Shown in pieces: positions 1 to 36,398 of a stretch of DNA of 64,000 bases. Under the pieces are notes generated by a model, which saw only the letters and a list, made by a program, of their open reading frames with translations, had not been told where the DNA came from and did no database searches. The DNA comes from Amoebidium appalachense. Its lineage: Eukaryota > Protista > Ichthyosporea. Numbering within the stretch: position 1 is the first letter of the stretch; every line of letters starts with the position of its first letter. A program made the translations under genes and the position numbers. Location: positions 9,378,907 to 9,442,906 of the forward strand of contig CAVNZM010000001.1 of assembly GCA_963693365.1 (NCBI GenBank). The letters run 5' to 3'.

Positions 1-98
1 AGCACTTATTCAGAAAGGTGCCGTGTTTGACCGTTCAATGCTGAGACATTCAAAGCCATTGCCGAGGGACTTTGACCCAACAGACTGGACGGTATTGA

Positions 99-158
<60 letters not shown>

Positions 159-706
159 ATCAAAACACAATGCTCCACACACACACGCCTACACACGGGT
201 ATACACATGCATGCAATTGCACACACATGGGCGCGAACGCGGATACACGTACACACACACACACGCACACACACACAAATGCACACACACACACACACAC
301 ACGCACATACCCTTAAACACACGTGTACACACAGACACCGCCCCATTCTCCATCCCCTACTCCCCCCCCACCCCCCCCTCCTCCCCTCGTCCCCTCCTCC
401 CCTCCTCCCCCCCCTCCCCCCCCCCAAAAAAAAACAACAAAAAAAAAACAACTCTGATGACCCACTCATGTGCAAACGTAGAGGTGTCTTAAGTTGCAAT
501 ATGGTAACATAGATTCTCATGGGCGCACACATGCACACATGCTGCACATACCCACATACACATACAGACATGAACACACTCGCATACAAGCACAAACACA
601 CGTTCATCCATGCACGTATGCACCCACAAACAGGCGCACACACATACACACACAGACAGGGGCAAGACAAACATACACACAGACTGACGCAGGACAAACA
701 CACACA

Positions 707-762
<56 letters not shown>

Positions 763-1020
763 GCCCCACCGCCCTCTGCTCTGAGGTAAACTCACCCTAC
801 CGAATGGAATGCGCATCATGTGCCTGTCCGAGATTCCACCGAGAGAGAGTGTAACTCCCCCTCCCCTCCCCCCCCCCCATCTCCCCCCTCCCGGTACCAC
901 CTCTTTCTGCCTGTCCTCCGTGCATTTACACACACATGCTTAGATGACTGTGCCTGTGTGTATGAGCTAGTGTGTTTAGAAAAGTAGTTGGAAGGTTGAC
1001 ACCCCCTTCCCTCCCTCCCT

Positions 1021-1054
<34 letters not shown>

Positions 1055-1382
1055 AAAATACACACGTGTGCACACATACGCACACGGCGACGCATCCATC
1101 CTCCTCGGCGCCGGCATGTACGCATGTACAAATGCGTAAACATATCCCCCCCCACCCCACCCCACCCCCTCCCCCCAACGCACACACACACACCAAAAAA
1201 AAAGTGATCGAAAAGAAAAGGAAAACAAAAGAAACAAATAAAAAATAAAAAACAATACACCGACACCCATAGGCACACACATATATACGTCCGTGTGCAT
1301 CCCTTGATGGATATCTGACACCACCCTCCCACCACAGATCTCTGATGTCGGCTCTGCGGAAGTAATTCACGGAATAGCCTAA
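1..1382 (+). CDS. 3' end of a spliced gene encoding a RanBP2-type (zf-RanBP) zinc-finger protein; 5' part lies outside the window
   Basis: Exons <1-91 and 762-848 join in frame across a GT..AG intron to give DWT|[24 protein letters not shown], matching W-x-C-x4-C-x3-N-x6-C-x2-C. The gene ends either at TAA 852-854 or via a last exon 1338-1382 ([19 protein letters not shown] branch-like motif upstream). Confidence 0.65.
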
Positions 1383-1577
1383 AAAGGAAAGGAGCAACTT
1401 ATGCCTATTGGGCAGCAAGAGGGTTTACACTGACGCGTCAAACAGTCCATATGAGGGCTGGGCATGAATTACTGAGCAGTGTGTGCGTAGTTTAATTTGT
1501 TTCTTTCACCCCCCTTTCTTTTTCCCCCTCATCCCTCCCCCCCCCCCCAATCTTCTTCTTCTTCTTTTTTTTTGGGG

Positions 1578-1667
<90 letters not shown>

Positions 1668-2618
1668 CCAAGTTGATAACTGGATGGGCTGAAGTTCATA
1701 TCCACACTGGAAACGAATGATGATTTTATCATATTGCGCACGATCAACTGCTGGCCTGAAACTCTTAGTTAGGGGGGTCGTCTTTGAAATTTCACTTCAT
1801 CTTGCACGGCAGCCACGTCTGTGTGAAATTGTGAATAGACTATTATGTGTGGCAATGCCCGAGAGTTAAATGTATATAATGGGTATCCAATCATTATGGC
1901 ACATTATAATTATAAGCGTGGTGCTTTAATGGCAGTTGTGATATGCGGGGGAAAATTCATTCCGGGTTGCATGATTTGCCTGTACAGATGTACTGTCCGC
2001 CAATAAAAATGGCTATCCAAAAATGTGGTCGCAGTGCATGCCCCTTATTACATAGCTTTAAAATTATTGGTCTGTCCCCTGCTATATGTTCTTGACGGCG
2101 GGGCCTTTCCCAAGACGGCGGCGGCCGGGGGGAGGGGGGGGGGGGGGGAGTGATCAGGGCATCAGACAGGCCAAAGAATGGATGTATAATTAGTACAGTT
2201 GTGATAGACACCGAGCTTCATGTAATTCCAACGTGCACAGATATCAGTATATGGCCGATGGAGCCACTAGTATATGTACTGTGTTTATTTCAGGAAACAT
2301 TATTTCATATCTCCAGAGCACCACTGTTCAAACAATGATGCATATGCATATGGTGCCGAATTCTTTCCAGCTATACATATAGTGTGCCTGGTGTGCCATG
2401 ACGTGCACATCATACAGGAAAGTGTCTACGATTAATCACGGAAAATGCTACATGCACAGGGAAATATAATCAAATTAAAATTTCGTAAATTTTCAAATCT
2501 GTTTCAAGATTGATTTACAACGGTGGAACACATTTGTGTTCCAACACGTAGCATGTGTTTCCATGAAATTTTCGAAAAAGCCCCCCCCCCCCCCTCCCCC
2601 CTAAACTTCCCCCCCCCC

Positions 2619-2691
<73 letters not shown>

Positions 2692-2977
2692 TTTCCCCCT
2701 TAAAAAATCATCTGTGTTCAAAAAAGACGTGTACGTATTTCGAAACCTCCATATTTGCACAGGACTGACCAAAAACTTTGTGTCAATATATCTTGAGTTC
2801 TGTAAAAAAACATTCAAAACTAGCGAAAAGTTTATGGTCATTCAATATTCGATGGCATTCGACTCAATATGTTTGGGGCAGTTAAGAAATTTGAAAATAA
2901 GGAGGAATCGAGGAAGAACAAGGGCGTTCATGTCTCCATCTCCGGCTCCCATTCATTGAAACTCACAAAGAACCGGG

Positions 2978-3012
<35 letters not shown>

Positions 3013-3147
3013 GCGATATGATGTTTACAAACTGTTAGAGATCTCAATTATTTTGTTTTATTAGTAAAGAGATATGTTTGTTTATAATTTGTATAGTAGT
3101 TGGTGTTTCTCAGGGAGAAACTGAACCGAGGAGGGGGAAAAAAAAAG

Positions 3148-3183
<36 letters not shown>

Positions 3184-3232
3184 TTCCGCAGAACTGTTTT
3201 ACCCCCCCTCCGTCTCTTCATCCAATCACCGC

Positions 3233-24307
<21,075 letters not shown>

Positions 24308-24852
24308 ACTGGCTCGTCGTACTTGGAATGCCGAGTGACTGACAAGTGATGAGAAGGTGACGATCCTGACCCAGAACGTGTGGTGCTCGAAAATGATGGT
24401 GTGAAAAAAATGGAACTCGCTTTTAGATGTCCCAGAATAGGCAATAGGCGTGGGGAAGTTTCAGTCCTCTATAAATAACGTTTATACAAACCTCCAATAT
24501 GTGACAGCTTACATGCATATGTTCAATAGCTGGACCCGATATTTGTTGAACCAACTATCATGCTTGCCTATTTGTCTGCGATTTTGTGCCAGCCCTCTCT
24601 CTCAGAAAGCTAGCGTTCCCCTTTACTCTGTGCTTCTCACTTATTTTCCTTGCTACGACAACCACTGTCTCTCTCCCTTTGTGATGCAATTAAACCAATT
24701 CGTGCTCTCTATGATCAACAACCCAACATTCTCTCAGCCTGACACCATCGGGCAGAGCGTCAGGTGCGCTCCGCCGGATCCCCGTCAAAGTTTCGAACCC
24801 AGCGATTGGGGCAGATAAGAATCCTGGACCTGATTGGCCCAATGCAAAAAGC

Positions 24853-24860
24853 GCGGGAAA
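24853..24860 (-). promoter_or_regulatory. E2F-like site TTTCCCGC with adjacent CCAAT motifs upstream of the SMARCAL1-like gene
   Basis: GCGGGAAA on the plus strand about 550 bp upstream of ATG 24307, with GATTGGCCCAAT just before it. Motif match only. Confidence 0.25.
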
Positions 24861-25000
24861 ACTTTCAAATGGGCGTGGGGGGGGAGAACTTACGGTTATG
24901 TACAGACGTCGAAAACAATTGCAAAGTTACGGACAACATGATTTGCAAGGAAAGATTTGCACACCCTATAGCCAAACATAACATTTACACCAGCAGACGT

Positions 25001-25064
<64 letters not shown>

Positions 25065-25589
25065 ACCCACCCACCCACCCACCCACCCCAGTCGGAGGCC
25101 GGGGGGAGGGGGGGGGAGGCAAATTTGCCTCGCGAGGGAGAAGTTCTGATGTTGCTTACGTACGCGTTATATTGAGCACTAGTAAAAAATTATGCATCGG
25201 GTCGGGCACTCAAGTGACGTCCACGACCTAAAAAAAAAAATAATAAAAATAAAAAATATAAAAAGGATGAAAAGCACGACTCACTAAGGAAGTCACCTGC
25301 AGCTGCACTAGGGTGTTCCAAGTCTCAAGAGCTCTGCTGCCGATCATGACACTTGTGCAGATCCGAAAGCTTATGCCTCAAGTATATACAACATAAAAGG
25401 CCTGATTCCAAATGTAGCCAAACGGGAAATCCGAAAACACAAAACGACAAATAAACAAGACCATCTGCTCTCGCATTTTTGTCAATTTTCAAGTTTTTGT
25501 AAAACCGAAAAAAAAGTAGGTATTTAACGGTAGCCATTGGGTGGCGGTGGGTGGGTGGCGGGGGTGGTTGTGGTGGTCGTTGGGGGGAT

Positions 25590-25653
<64 letters not shown>

Positions 25654-25822
25654 CTTCTTTTTTCTTCGTAACTCGGAATGTGTTTATTCGCTTACTAAGC
25701 AGATGCAAACTACAGCACTGCTCCAAGCCCATCTATACAAAACCCTTGTCACTCCAAAATCTCATACATTTCGTAACATCGCTAATAGCCAAATAAGGCT
25801 ACATCTCCCACCATATCATTGG

Positions 25823-26202
25823 TCAGTGCTTGATGGACCAGCCAATCGTTTCGCCGGCCAGGAAGGGAACGACGACCCCACCCTCATAGGCGTAATTTGC
25901 TGGAACTTTCTGTGGTTGCCTGCAACACCCAGATTGAATCAGCGTCAGCATATACTGGTGCAATTCCCCTCCACCATCCCCCCCCCCCCCTCCCCCCCCC
26001 CCCCCCCCCCCCCCCCCCTCCTCCCCTCCCCGACTTGGATAACCACCACACACAAACACACAAACACACACGAATAATCACACGCATGCGCGTGTGCACC
26101 CGCACACACAAACGACACACACACTCAAACACAAACACAAACACACACACACACACACACACACACAATGTTGACACACACACTGTTAACACACACACTG
26201 TT

Positions 26203-26265
<63 letters not shown>

Positions 26266-26570
26266 ACAAACCCCCACCCACTCGCCCATACGACTCCCCA
26301 TCCGCATTCCTCCCCAACACTCTAATGGACATCCATACGCACAGGCAGACACACCCAGAGAGAAGGACAGACATGTTGAGAGGGAGTAGGAGTGGGGGAG
26401 ATGGAGGAACGGATGGAGAGAGAAGGAAGGAAGGAGAGGGATAGAACTTGGGGGTGGGGGGAGGGGGGAGGGGGGGGGGAGAGAGGGGGGGGGGGGGGGG
26501 GGGGAGGGGGGGTGCAGAAGGTGTTTCAGAGTAGTGGAGGAATGTTTGTGTAAAAGAGAAAGAGAGTGGG

Positions 26571-26637
<67 letters not shown>

Positions 26638-27004
26638 GCAAAAGAGATAAGAGACAGAGAGAGAGCGAGAGAGAGAGAAGAGCAAATCAAAGAATCCACG
26701 ACCCACCTCACAAGTGTCACCGTCTTGCCCATATCAGCAACCTTGTAGAACGCCCGTCCGTTCGCGCTGGTAAACTTGACAATATTCTCCTTTGTGGCAC
26801 CAAGATTCGTGAGGGTGTTCACAACGTAGGGAAGGAGGAGGGGGGTCGTGAAGACGCCCGCGCTACCGCACGCACATTCCTTTGTTGTGATGTTGTGTGG
26901 TGCACTGTCGGAGCCCAAAAAGAACTTCTCGTGGCCTGTGTAAACACAAAAAGAAAAGGGGATAGGGGAGGGAGGAGGAGAGAGGGTGTATGTGTGCGTG
27001 TGTG

Positions 27005-27044
<40 letters not shown>

Positions 27045-27354
27045 GGTGGGGCTGGAGGAAAATGATCGTGCGTATGGGTGGTGTTGGTAATTAGAAGAGG
27101 GGGGTGGGGGTGGATATAATGGGGACGGGAGGGGGGGGGGGAGGGGGGAGGGGGTTAGCATATATGTATGTCAAAAGAGCTAGGCCGACAACCAAACCTC
27201 CTGACCCCAAGGAAGACCATGCACATGCGTGTGAAACACTAGAGGTTAGGAAAGTTGGGGAAAAGGGGGGGGGGGGGGGGGGGGGGGGCACTAAGAGCTG
27301 ACGTTTTCTAACAAAGTTTAGGGGAGATGTTTGGAGGGTGGAGGGTGGGGGGCG

Positions 27355-27388
<34 letters not shown>

Positions 27389-27423
27389 TTAAGAGGAACA
27401 TTGACGTTTTCCAGCAAAAGGGG

Positions 27424-27465
<42 letters not shown>

Positions 27466-27680
27466 TTTATATACCGCTCACGGCGACAGCTCTGAGTGCG
27501 TCTCTGTCTGCCGGGTACTTAGCCACTGGCTTGCAGAAGTGGTGGGGCCTGCCTGCCCAGTGATCTACTATCAGCTCGAGGTGGTGGGCCGTGATGCTGG
27601 CTGACACGGTGGAGCCAAGGGAGAGAACCTGTGTGTACGTACGTGTGTGTGGGGGGGGGGAGGGGGAGGGGAGAAGGGTG

Positions 27681-27718
<38 letters not shown>

Positions 27719-27875
27719 TTGACTGTGCTATCTGTATGTGTGCGTGGGTTTGGGTGTGCGCGCACACCCACGCGTGTTTGCGTGTGAGTGTGTGGATGTT
27801 GGCCTGCCAATGTGTTTGCCTGTGTGCAAATGGGGAAAAGGAGGGGGGTTGGGAAGACAGTTAATGGCAAGGAAA

Positions 27876-27907
<32 letters not shown>

Positions 27908-27991
27908 GGGGGGGCTGGGCGTGGACATGTGGAACGTGTACTGTTGCATGCCATGGATGTGTCTCGAATACGAGAAGGCGAGAGAGGGGAA

Positions 27992-28033
<42 letters not shown>

Positions 28034-28220
28034 AGATGATGTATGCATAAAAGGATATAAGGGCAGAAAATGCGAGGAGGCGACAAAGGACAAAAATAAA
28101 ACGTCACAAACAAAAATCAAATCATAACATTGAACGAAAAAGTTTAAAAAAAAAGGTGCAGGCAGATGACACTTTGAACAGAGCCCATCATCGGGGCAGG
28201 GGGAGGGGGAGGGGGGGCAT

Positions 28221-28267
<47 letters not shown>

Positions 28268-28712
28268 GAATGCGGAACACGGTACGAATACGCATACATG
28301 ACGAGAAGCATGGTGCAGGACACATGCAAAGGCAAACATTCAAGTATGCAACATCAGCCATGTGCACAGTATGCGTCATAAGCAGAGCCCATCCTCAGGG
28401 AGGACCCAAGTCATTGGGGGGGGGGGGGGGGGGGGGAGGGGGGGGGGGGTGGATATACCTTGTCCACGGCCTTTTTCGTGGTGGCATGTTCGAGAATAAT
28501 CCGCAGGTTGGGGAAGTCGCGATGAAGAGCGTCCAGGTGCTCAAGGAAATGCTCCTCGGCATTCATAACACAGATGTTCTGTTTTTGTTGTGGTTTTTTT
28601 TAATTTTTGTTTTGTTTTGTTTTATTTTGTATGTGTGTGTGTGGGGGGGGGGGGGGGGGGGGGGGAGGGGGGGCATGCCGTGTGTGTGTGTGTGTGGGGG
28701 GGGGGGGGTGCA

Positions 28713-28768
<56 letters not shown>

Positions 28769-29174
28769 CTTGCACGCATTGCTTTCCCCTGGGGGGAGGG
28801 GGGGGAGAGATATGAATAGGGAGATGATCAGCACTTTGAAAGATATGTGGAAATGCCCGCATGAAATATTTACAACAAGGCTGGGGGAAAGCACATATCC
28901 AACACCTACTTCCGAGTTAGTGTTAGTGTTCAGAATGAACTGTTTTATTTAAAGTAAACATAATGTTTTTGGCTATAACCATATCCTAGCTTCATCCTTT
29001 CTGCCGCGGCGACCAATTGGAGTGATCGGAGTATATCGAATTCACACATTTACAGAAACGGCCCACATCCACTCCCCCCCCCCCCCCCCCCAACCCCCTC
29101 ACACACACACACACACCACCACCACTGCCACCACCAGCTCCTCCCCCTTCTTCTTTCTTCCGCCCTTAATTCCG

Positions 29175-29222
<48 letters not shown>

Positions 29223-29980
29223 AAAAAAGGGGGCGAAGAGGGGAAAAAAAAAAAGAAAAGAGCAAGAGATTTTAAAAGAGAACAACACAACCTTTCCCTT
29301 AAAAAAAAGGGTAAAGGAAAAGAAATCACAAACATAAAAAGGGAAACAAACGCAGAAAAAAAACCCAAATATCGCACCTTCTCTGGGTTGCTGGGCACTT
29401 CGCCGTGCAGGTGCAGAATCAGATTGTTTTTCTCCATGGCCCTGAATATCGGATAGTACGTCTCGTAGCTCTCAATCCCACTGTCGCTATTGGTCGTCAC
29501 ACCACGCGGGTAGCTCTTCACCCCTAAATATAGCCGCCAGTTAGAATTCACAGAATACATACTAATTTCATACATAAATATATACACCAACACGGAATTA
29601 GAAAAAACGTGCTGGCGATGGGTGCTTTTAGGCCACTCCCAGTTTCGTGTTTTAGTCGTACTACATAATAATGGTGTTGCTTTAAGAAACAGAAAAGTGT
29701 TTGTCTGACTGCATTTACCCTTCCCTCTTTTTTATGTCTTTCCCAAGCCTCCCCAGTGCTCTCCACCCTCCTTTCCCCCCTCCCTCCCCCCCCCCCCAAA
29801 AAAAAAGGCAGAGCTCCTCTTACTGCTACCTCCCCCCCCCCCCCCCCCCCCCCTTTATTTATTTCTTACTGCTCCTTCCCCCCCCCCCCCCCCCCCCCCT
29901 TTATTTATTCGAGTTTCTTACTACAAGAGGGAGAAGGGGGAGGGGGGGGGGTCTTAGTTTATCTACCTTTTTTCAGTCCT

Positions 29981-30011
<31 letters not shown>

Positions 30012-30297
30012 GGGGGGAGGGGGGGAGGGGGGATGAAGGGTGTATTTTTCACCTGTAACGCCGACTTTTGCAGCCTGGTCAATAACCTCAGGTGTAAGGT
30101 CGGGGTGGAGATATAAGGTCATGAGATAGTCGATGCTGGGGTCCAACGCCTGCAGCTGTTGCCGGTACGAGACAACTTGATCGATAGTGGTGATGGGGGG
30201 GGTAAGGTTAGGCTGTGTGGGGGACGGGGCAAGGAGGAGGGGGACAGGGAAGGAGGGTGGGTGGGTGGGTGGTTGTTTGGAGGGAGCGCGGGGGGGT

Positions 30298-30333
<36 letters not shown>

Positions 30334-30371
30334 CTGTTGGTAGGTGGGGGGGGGGGGGGGTGGGTAGATGG

Positions 30372-30451
<80 letters not shown>

Positions 30452-30605
30452 ATGTGTGTGTGTGTGTGTGTTGTGGGGGAGGGGAAGGGGGAGGGGGGAG
30501 GGGGGAGGGGGGAGGACATGCAACGAACAGGTGAAAAGGTCAGTGTGGATGTAGTGGGTGTAGCGTAATTGTGTGGTGTGTGGGTGTGGGTGTGTGTGTG
30601 CGCGC

Positions 30606-30646
<41 letters not shown>

Positions 30647-30820
30647 GCAGTATATATGAGAGTAGCAACAAAAATCGAATCAACGACAAAAAAGTCAATA
30701 GCAGCAGCAACAAAGAAACACAAAATAAAAAGCGACTCAATAGGCCAAAAACGAAGAGTACATCGACCCAAGCACCAATACACATGCACCAACACACACA
30801 CACACATACACGCGCGTGCG

Positions 30821-30860
<40 letters not shown>

Positions 30861-32333
30861 TAATGATAGTAATAATGATGATAATAATAGTAACGATAAT
30901 GGTTGATAAACATTGGTATTGTCGCCATTAATGTGAACACTACCACCTTTATCCATTGCCATTATTGTTGAGGCTGGTGTTATGTTTTTTTGTTGTTCTT
31001 ATCACATGTGTGGAAAGGGGGTGGGGGCTCGTGCAGTATTTCTGGATGCAGGCGCCAGCGCCTTTGTCCTTCCTATTTGCCGACAAAAAGAAATCGGTTT
31101 TGTGTATATTAGGTTAATGTGTGCTGACATCATATATCAAACCCCCCCTTCCCCTCTCCCCCCTCCCCCCCAAAAAAACCTCCCCCCACCCACGCACCCA
31201 CAACCACCTACCCGTTCCCAATCACAGACCTATCCCCCCCCCACCCCCACCCATTCACCACCACCCACCCACCCACCCACACACACACCCACACACACAC
31301 ACACACACACACACCCACACATTTTTCCCCCCAGCCCCTGGTATGATGGTATTCAACCTTCCCCTTCCCTTCCTCGCCCCTTCTTATGCCAGCCGGTAAC
31401 CACAAAACACCTTCAAACAATAGAGAGAAAAGATATGTCTCGGTGTGAAGTGTCCGTGTAGGGGTGTGCGTGTTCCTTTGTGCGGGTTTGCAGGATGAAG
31501 TTTGTGATGATAGTTTTATCCCAGAAATTGGGGTTGGGGGGAGGGGAGGGGGGGCGGGGGGGGGGGGGGGGGGGGGGGGGGCACTAAGGAAAGGTGGGGG
31601 AGGGGGGGGGGGGGGGGGGGGGGGGATCTATACCATAACCAGTACCCGACAAACACCACCTTCCTTAATCTTAGGCACCACCATGTCCATCATGGCGCCA
31701 TGCCGAAGGTGCACGTGGAAGTCCTCGGCAGCAGGAATAGTCAGCTGCAGGGACAGGGGGGGGGGGTGTGGGGGGAGGGGGGGGGGAGGGGGGAGAGGAA
31801 GAGGGGGGGAGGGGGGGGGGTGGGGGGGGGGGTGGAACGGTGAGAAAGGGAAGAGCAACAGCGAGGCTGAGGGAAGATGGGTGAGATAGAGGGGAGGGAG
31901 GGGGGAATGAAAGGTGGGAGGGGAGAGGGGAAGGGGGAGCGCCGGGAGTTGGGGGGGATGCATTTTTTTTATTTTTATTTTTGGTGTATGTGTGTGTTTG
32001 TGTGTGTGTGGGGGGGGGGGGGGGGGGGGGGGGGAGGGGGAGGGGGGGGGGGGGGGGGGGGGGGGAGAAGGGGTTCCATGGCAAAGGCGAGTGAAGAGAC
32101 CTGGCAAAATAGAAACGGGTTCATTGAAAGGAGTAAAAGGGGGAAGGGGGGGGAGGGGGGTGGGGGGGGGGGGGTTGTTGGTTCACATGTTTTCAACCGC
32201 GTAGAAGCGGAGGATCTGGTTGCATGAGGCACAGGCGGGCTGGAAAGTAACTCGGTCAGGCCGTGCGCGTCAACAACAATTTCCACCTACAAGTATTGTA
32301 CATTAAAACACACACAAGACATACCTCCTCCAT
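25823..32333 (-). CDS. URA4: Monofunctional class II dihydroorotase (URA4/PyrC type), 341 aa
   Basis: Exons 32333-32325 (MEE), 31744-31634, 30212-30053, 29523-29378, 28578-28459, 27628-27475, 26935-26707, 25919-25823; all GT-AG, total 1026 nt. Motifs DFHVHLR, VMPNLTPPIT, LMTLYL, GVKSYPRGVTTNS, LHLHGE, ILEHATT, ITAHHL, FCKPVAK, FFLGSDSAPH, VVPFLAGETIGW. Confidence 0.95.
28266..28414 (-). mobile_element. Repeat family A copy in a dihydroorotase intron
   Basis: Near-identical to 13484-13634; bounded on both sides by G-runs on the plus strand. Confidence 0.85.
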
Positions 32334-33261
32334 GGTTGCTTCTAAACTCTGTTGTAGAATACAAGGGTCCTTAACATGAACTTCCCCTTGGATTATGACT
32401 GCTTGATTTTAGAATTGAGCTCTCCCCAGCGCGCTTTTGCAGTGCACACGTGAAAGTGTGCAACGAAAACGTGACTGGGTGGCGCACGCCCCAGTGATGA
32501 CGTAATCAGTGGGCAGTGACTTAAAGATGCCTCAAGAGACGTTTCTCTTACGTTGTTCACCGAAAAATCTTCCCAGCATACCAATTACTCTATACTTGTT
32601 GGGCTGTTATTTCGATGTTTAATTTTAAGCTAGTGGTAATAATCTGCTTTGGCGCTTTTATTCTATGCCGCATATTGCCTATTTTCCTTGCACCGGTTCG
32701 CTGGTGTTTTTACAAGATGGTTACTTGGCGAACATTGGATACAAAGGGTGATCTTTAATCACTGAGCCACTCCTTGGTGACGTATGCCATGGTCAATCAG
32801 AAAAATTCCACCATTCAACTACGGCACAGGCAGCTAAAGAGAAAAGAAACTAAACCAACGTCTTCAGAACATGTTTAGATCTTTAAGAGTGAAAGACCTT
32901 TATAGGTAGAGTGCTACTAGGTGCAAAATCATTCATTGTACACAAATTTGCCGTTATAATACTATTATAAGTGGAGGTACCCTGGCTTCTTGCCTCTCGG
33001 TTTGCGCGTCTTGGTTACGTTTTGAGCAACATCGTACAGTGAACGCTTCTCCGTTGCTTCATCCGTGTTTCTAGCAGTTTTGATTTATTCGGCCCAAAAC
33101 ACCGCTACCGCATTTCTTTGCTATTTAAAAGGCATCTTTAACTTGCTGTAGACCTAACAGAATACTGTAACTTTACTGCCATTCACCCTTTTTCCGAGAC
33201 CCGTTCACATCGCACGTACGAGCAAGGCGTTTTGCAGCGGGAAAACTTGACAAAGAAAAAA
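32334..33261. promoter_or_regulatory. Probable bidirectional promoter region between the dihydroorotase and the TM-protein gene
   Basis: Head-to-head ATGs (32333 minus, 33262 plus); region free of homopolymer and microsatellite tracts; TGACGT (CRE-like) motifs at about 32508 and about 32778. Confidence 0.45.
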
Positions 33262-34289
33262 ATGTCCATGCGTTCTTTTAACATCGAGGCCGGCTTTGTC
33301 GGTCTTGCGGTGGGCACCCTTCTTCTCGTTTTTCTTCTCATAGGCGCTCTGCTGTGGGTCAACATGACGGACGGCCCTTCTTCAAAGCCTAAGGTAGGAG
33401 CAAAAGAACGGTGTGCACTGACGGGACGCTATGGCTCGTGTGTGTGTGCGTGTGTGCCTGCGTGTGTACGCGTGTGTACACGTTGTGCGTGTGCCATGGC
33501 ATGCTATTTAACATGTAGTGTGAGGATACGGAACAAGGCCTTCTTATTTCCTAGGAAATACCCAAGCCCCCCTCCCCCCCCCCCTCCCCCCCCCCCCCCC
33601 CCCCCCCCCGCTTCCCTTTTTTTTCTTTTTCCAGGCACCGACCCCTCTTTGTTCATTCCTATAGTTTTTCCACGGCACGCCAACACTGTCCTTTGGTTTA
33701 TGCCTTTTATTTGACCAGTGCATGTGGATGTGCATGTGTGCGGATGTGGGTGTGCGTGCTTGTGTGCTTGCGCGTGCGTGCCACGTCTGTGTATCTGTGT
33801 GTCTGTGTGTGTGTTGTGCACAGAGGTATCTAAGGGGAAGGTTCTTGGGACGACCTCAGTATAGGCTCCGCATACTGCAATATTAGTACAGGGTTGTGTG
33901 CTCGAGTTTTGTGTGTGAGGTTGGGCGTGCTTGCAAGTGCACTCTTATAGCTTTATGCATGTGTATGTGTGTGTGTGCGTGAGAAAGGTGGTGGCATGAA
34001 CCAACGTGTGTGTGTCTGTGTACTTCTGTGCACATGCATGTGTAGATGTGTGTCTTGTCTGTGACATGTGCAAGCGTGTGTTGCCTGCGTGTGTGTAGGC
34101 ATACCCCAACACATACTTAAGTGCATAAACGCAACTCCCCACACTCTGAAGTAAGACGATTCAGAGGGAAGTGGGTGGGTGGGTGGGTGAGGGGAGAGGG
34201 GAGGAGGGGGGGGGGGGGGGGGGGGGGGGGGATCGTTAAGAGTGTGTGTGTTCTGGGGGAAGGGACCTTCTGTGTATGTTTGTGTGTGT

Positions 34290-34322
<33 letters not shown>

Positions 34323-34718
34323 GTGGTAGTGTGGGGGGGGGGGGGGGTGGGGGGGGGGGGGGTGATAGCGGATTCTAACCCTTAGTCCGTACCAGCAGAG
34401 GAGAGAGAGCAGAGGGGCACAGGCAGGCACACCCAGCGGCCAACAGGTTCCCCTCCCCCTCCCCCCCTCCCCCCCTTCTCCTCCTCCTCCTCCTCCAGTA
34501 CACACACTCGCGCGTGCGCGCGCGCACACACACACACACACTTGCAAACCGTTGTTTGGGCTGATGTTGCGAGTCTTGGTTTGGGTATATGGCAAGCGTC
34601 TTGGAGTGTCTGTTGGTGTTTTCACGTTCGTCTATTTTATTATTATTATTTTTTAATCATGTCGTCCGCTCTTCTTCGTGCATTGTGGTCTCCGTTGTAT
34701 CCAACGAAACCATTGCCT

Positions 34719-34751
<33 letters not shown>

Positions 34752-36021
34752 TCCCCCCCCTCTTTTGTCACGGAACTCCTTTTGATTCTGATCTCCACCC
34801 CCCACCCCCTCTCCCCTTTCCCTTTTCCCACGAGGCACGCAACTAGCCCGACATACATGAACACATTTTCCCGCTCCCACACATGCCCCCCCTTTGCATA
34901 TGTCCTGCACCATGCTTGTCGTCGTGTATGTGTACTTTGTACCATGTTCCGCAATCAAACCCCCCCCCCCCCCCCCCCCCCCCCCACTCACCCCACCCCT
35001 CTGCGGCCTTTGCTTGTGACGCCTACATTGTATGTGTGCATTTCTCTCTGCATTGTGTTGTCCTTCATGAATGGATATTCGCTTATTGTTTTTGTGTATG
35101 ATGAACAGCCTGGGGCCTTGGGGATAGTTGTTTTTGCAGTTGCAGGGGTATTTTATGTGCTCGTGTGCCACCTCCTGTTTGTTTGTTTTTTTTGTTTCGG
35201 TGTGGTGGTCATTTTTCCCACTCTTCGGTTGTGTAAACTATAATTTGTGTTGTATACAAATTAATTGATGTCTATTGTCCATGCCTGGGTTTTGTGTTTC
35301 GTGATGTTTACTTCTGCTTTGCACTGTATAATGCAATGTAACAGTCCCCTCCTTCCCCCCCCCCTCCCCCCCCCCCCCCCCCCCCCCCCCCCACCCACCA
35401 CCACCACCACCACCACCATCACCCACGCCAAACACCACCCAACCCCTCTGTATACTGCATGTGAAATCCACTCCTCTTCACCCCCCTCGTGTATCTTGTT
35501 TGTTCTATATAACACATCCCCCTCCCCCCCCCCCCCCCCCCTGGTGTCCCCCCTTGCTCGGGCCCCCTCCCCCAAAGCGGGGGGGGTGTGGTGGTAGGGG
35601 GGGGGGGGGGAGGGGGGGGGGGGCAGCAAGAGGGTGGGGTTATCTGTACATCATTTCGTTTTTTCCTTCGTGCCTGGCATGTGTTTTTTTTTTTCATGTT
35701 CTATGATCTGTGTTGCTAACTGCTAACCATCATCAAATTGTACTGAACTCCTCGTTCCCACTTCCACCCTCAGCACCGATTATTTCTTTTTTGCATGTAT
35801 GTTAAGTTTGTATTCTTTAGAAGGGCGTGCTTTGGTGAAATCCTGACAGTTGGCAAACCCAGCCCATTCGGTTTGGTTTACTGGTGTCTTGAAGGTTTGT
35901 CAAGCAAGAACACAAACGAAATGTCGATATCTAAAGATAATTAGTGTTTGGTGTGTAGGCGGGCGGGTGGACAGGGGTGCGTGCGTGTGTGTGTCGGTGT
36001 GTGTGTGTGTTTTTCTCTTCC

Positions 36022-36097
<76 letters not shown>

Positions 36098-36171
36098 CTG
36101 CTTTTGGAGCTGGGTTTTCCCAACCACCCGCGAACCTTTCAGCCCAAGCCGGCGCATTTGCGCATGCAATG

Positions 36172-36225
<54 letters not shown>

Positions 36226-36331
36226 ACACGCTTCGCTTTGAACCCTGATATGCTTTTTCTTTACTGTGTGCGTCGGACATTTACCGATATGCGACAATTA
36301 GAAAATATGCACCCCTTCCTCCAACACACAT

Positions 36332-36398
<67 letters not shown>

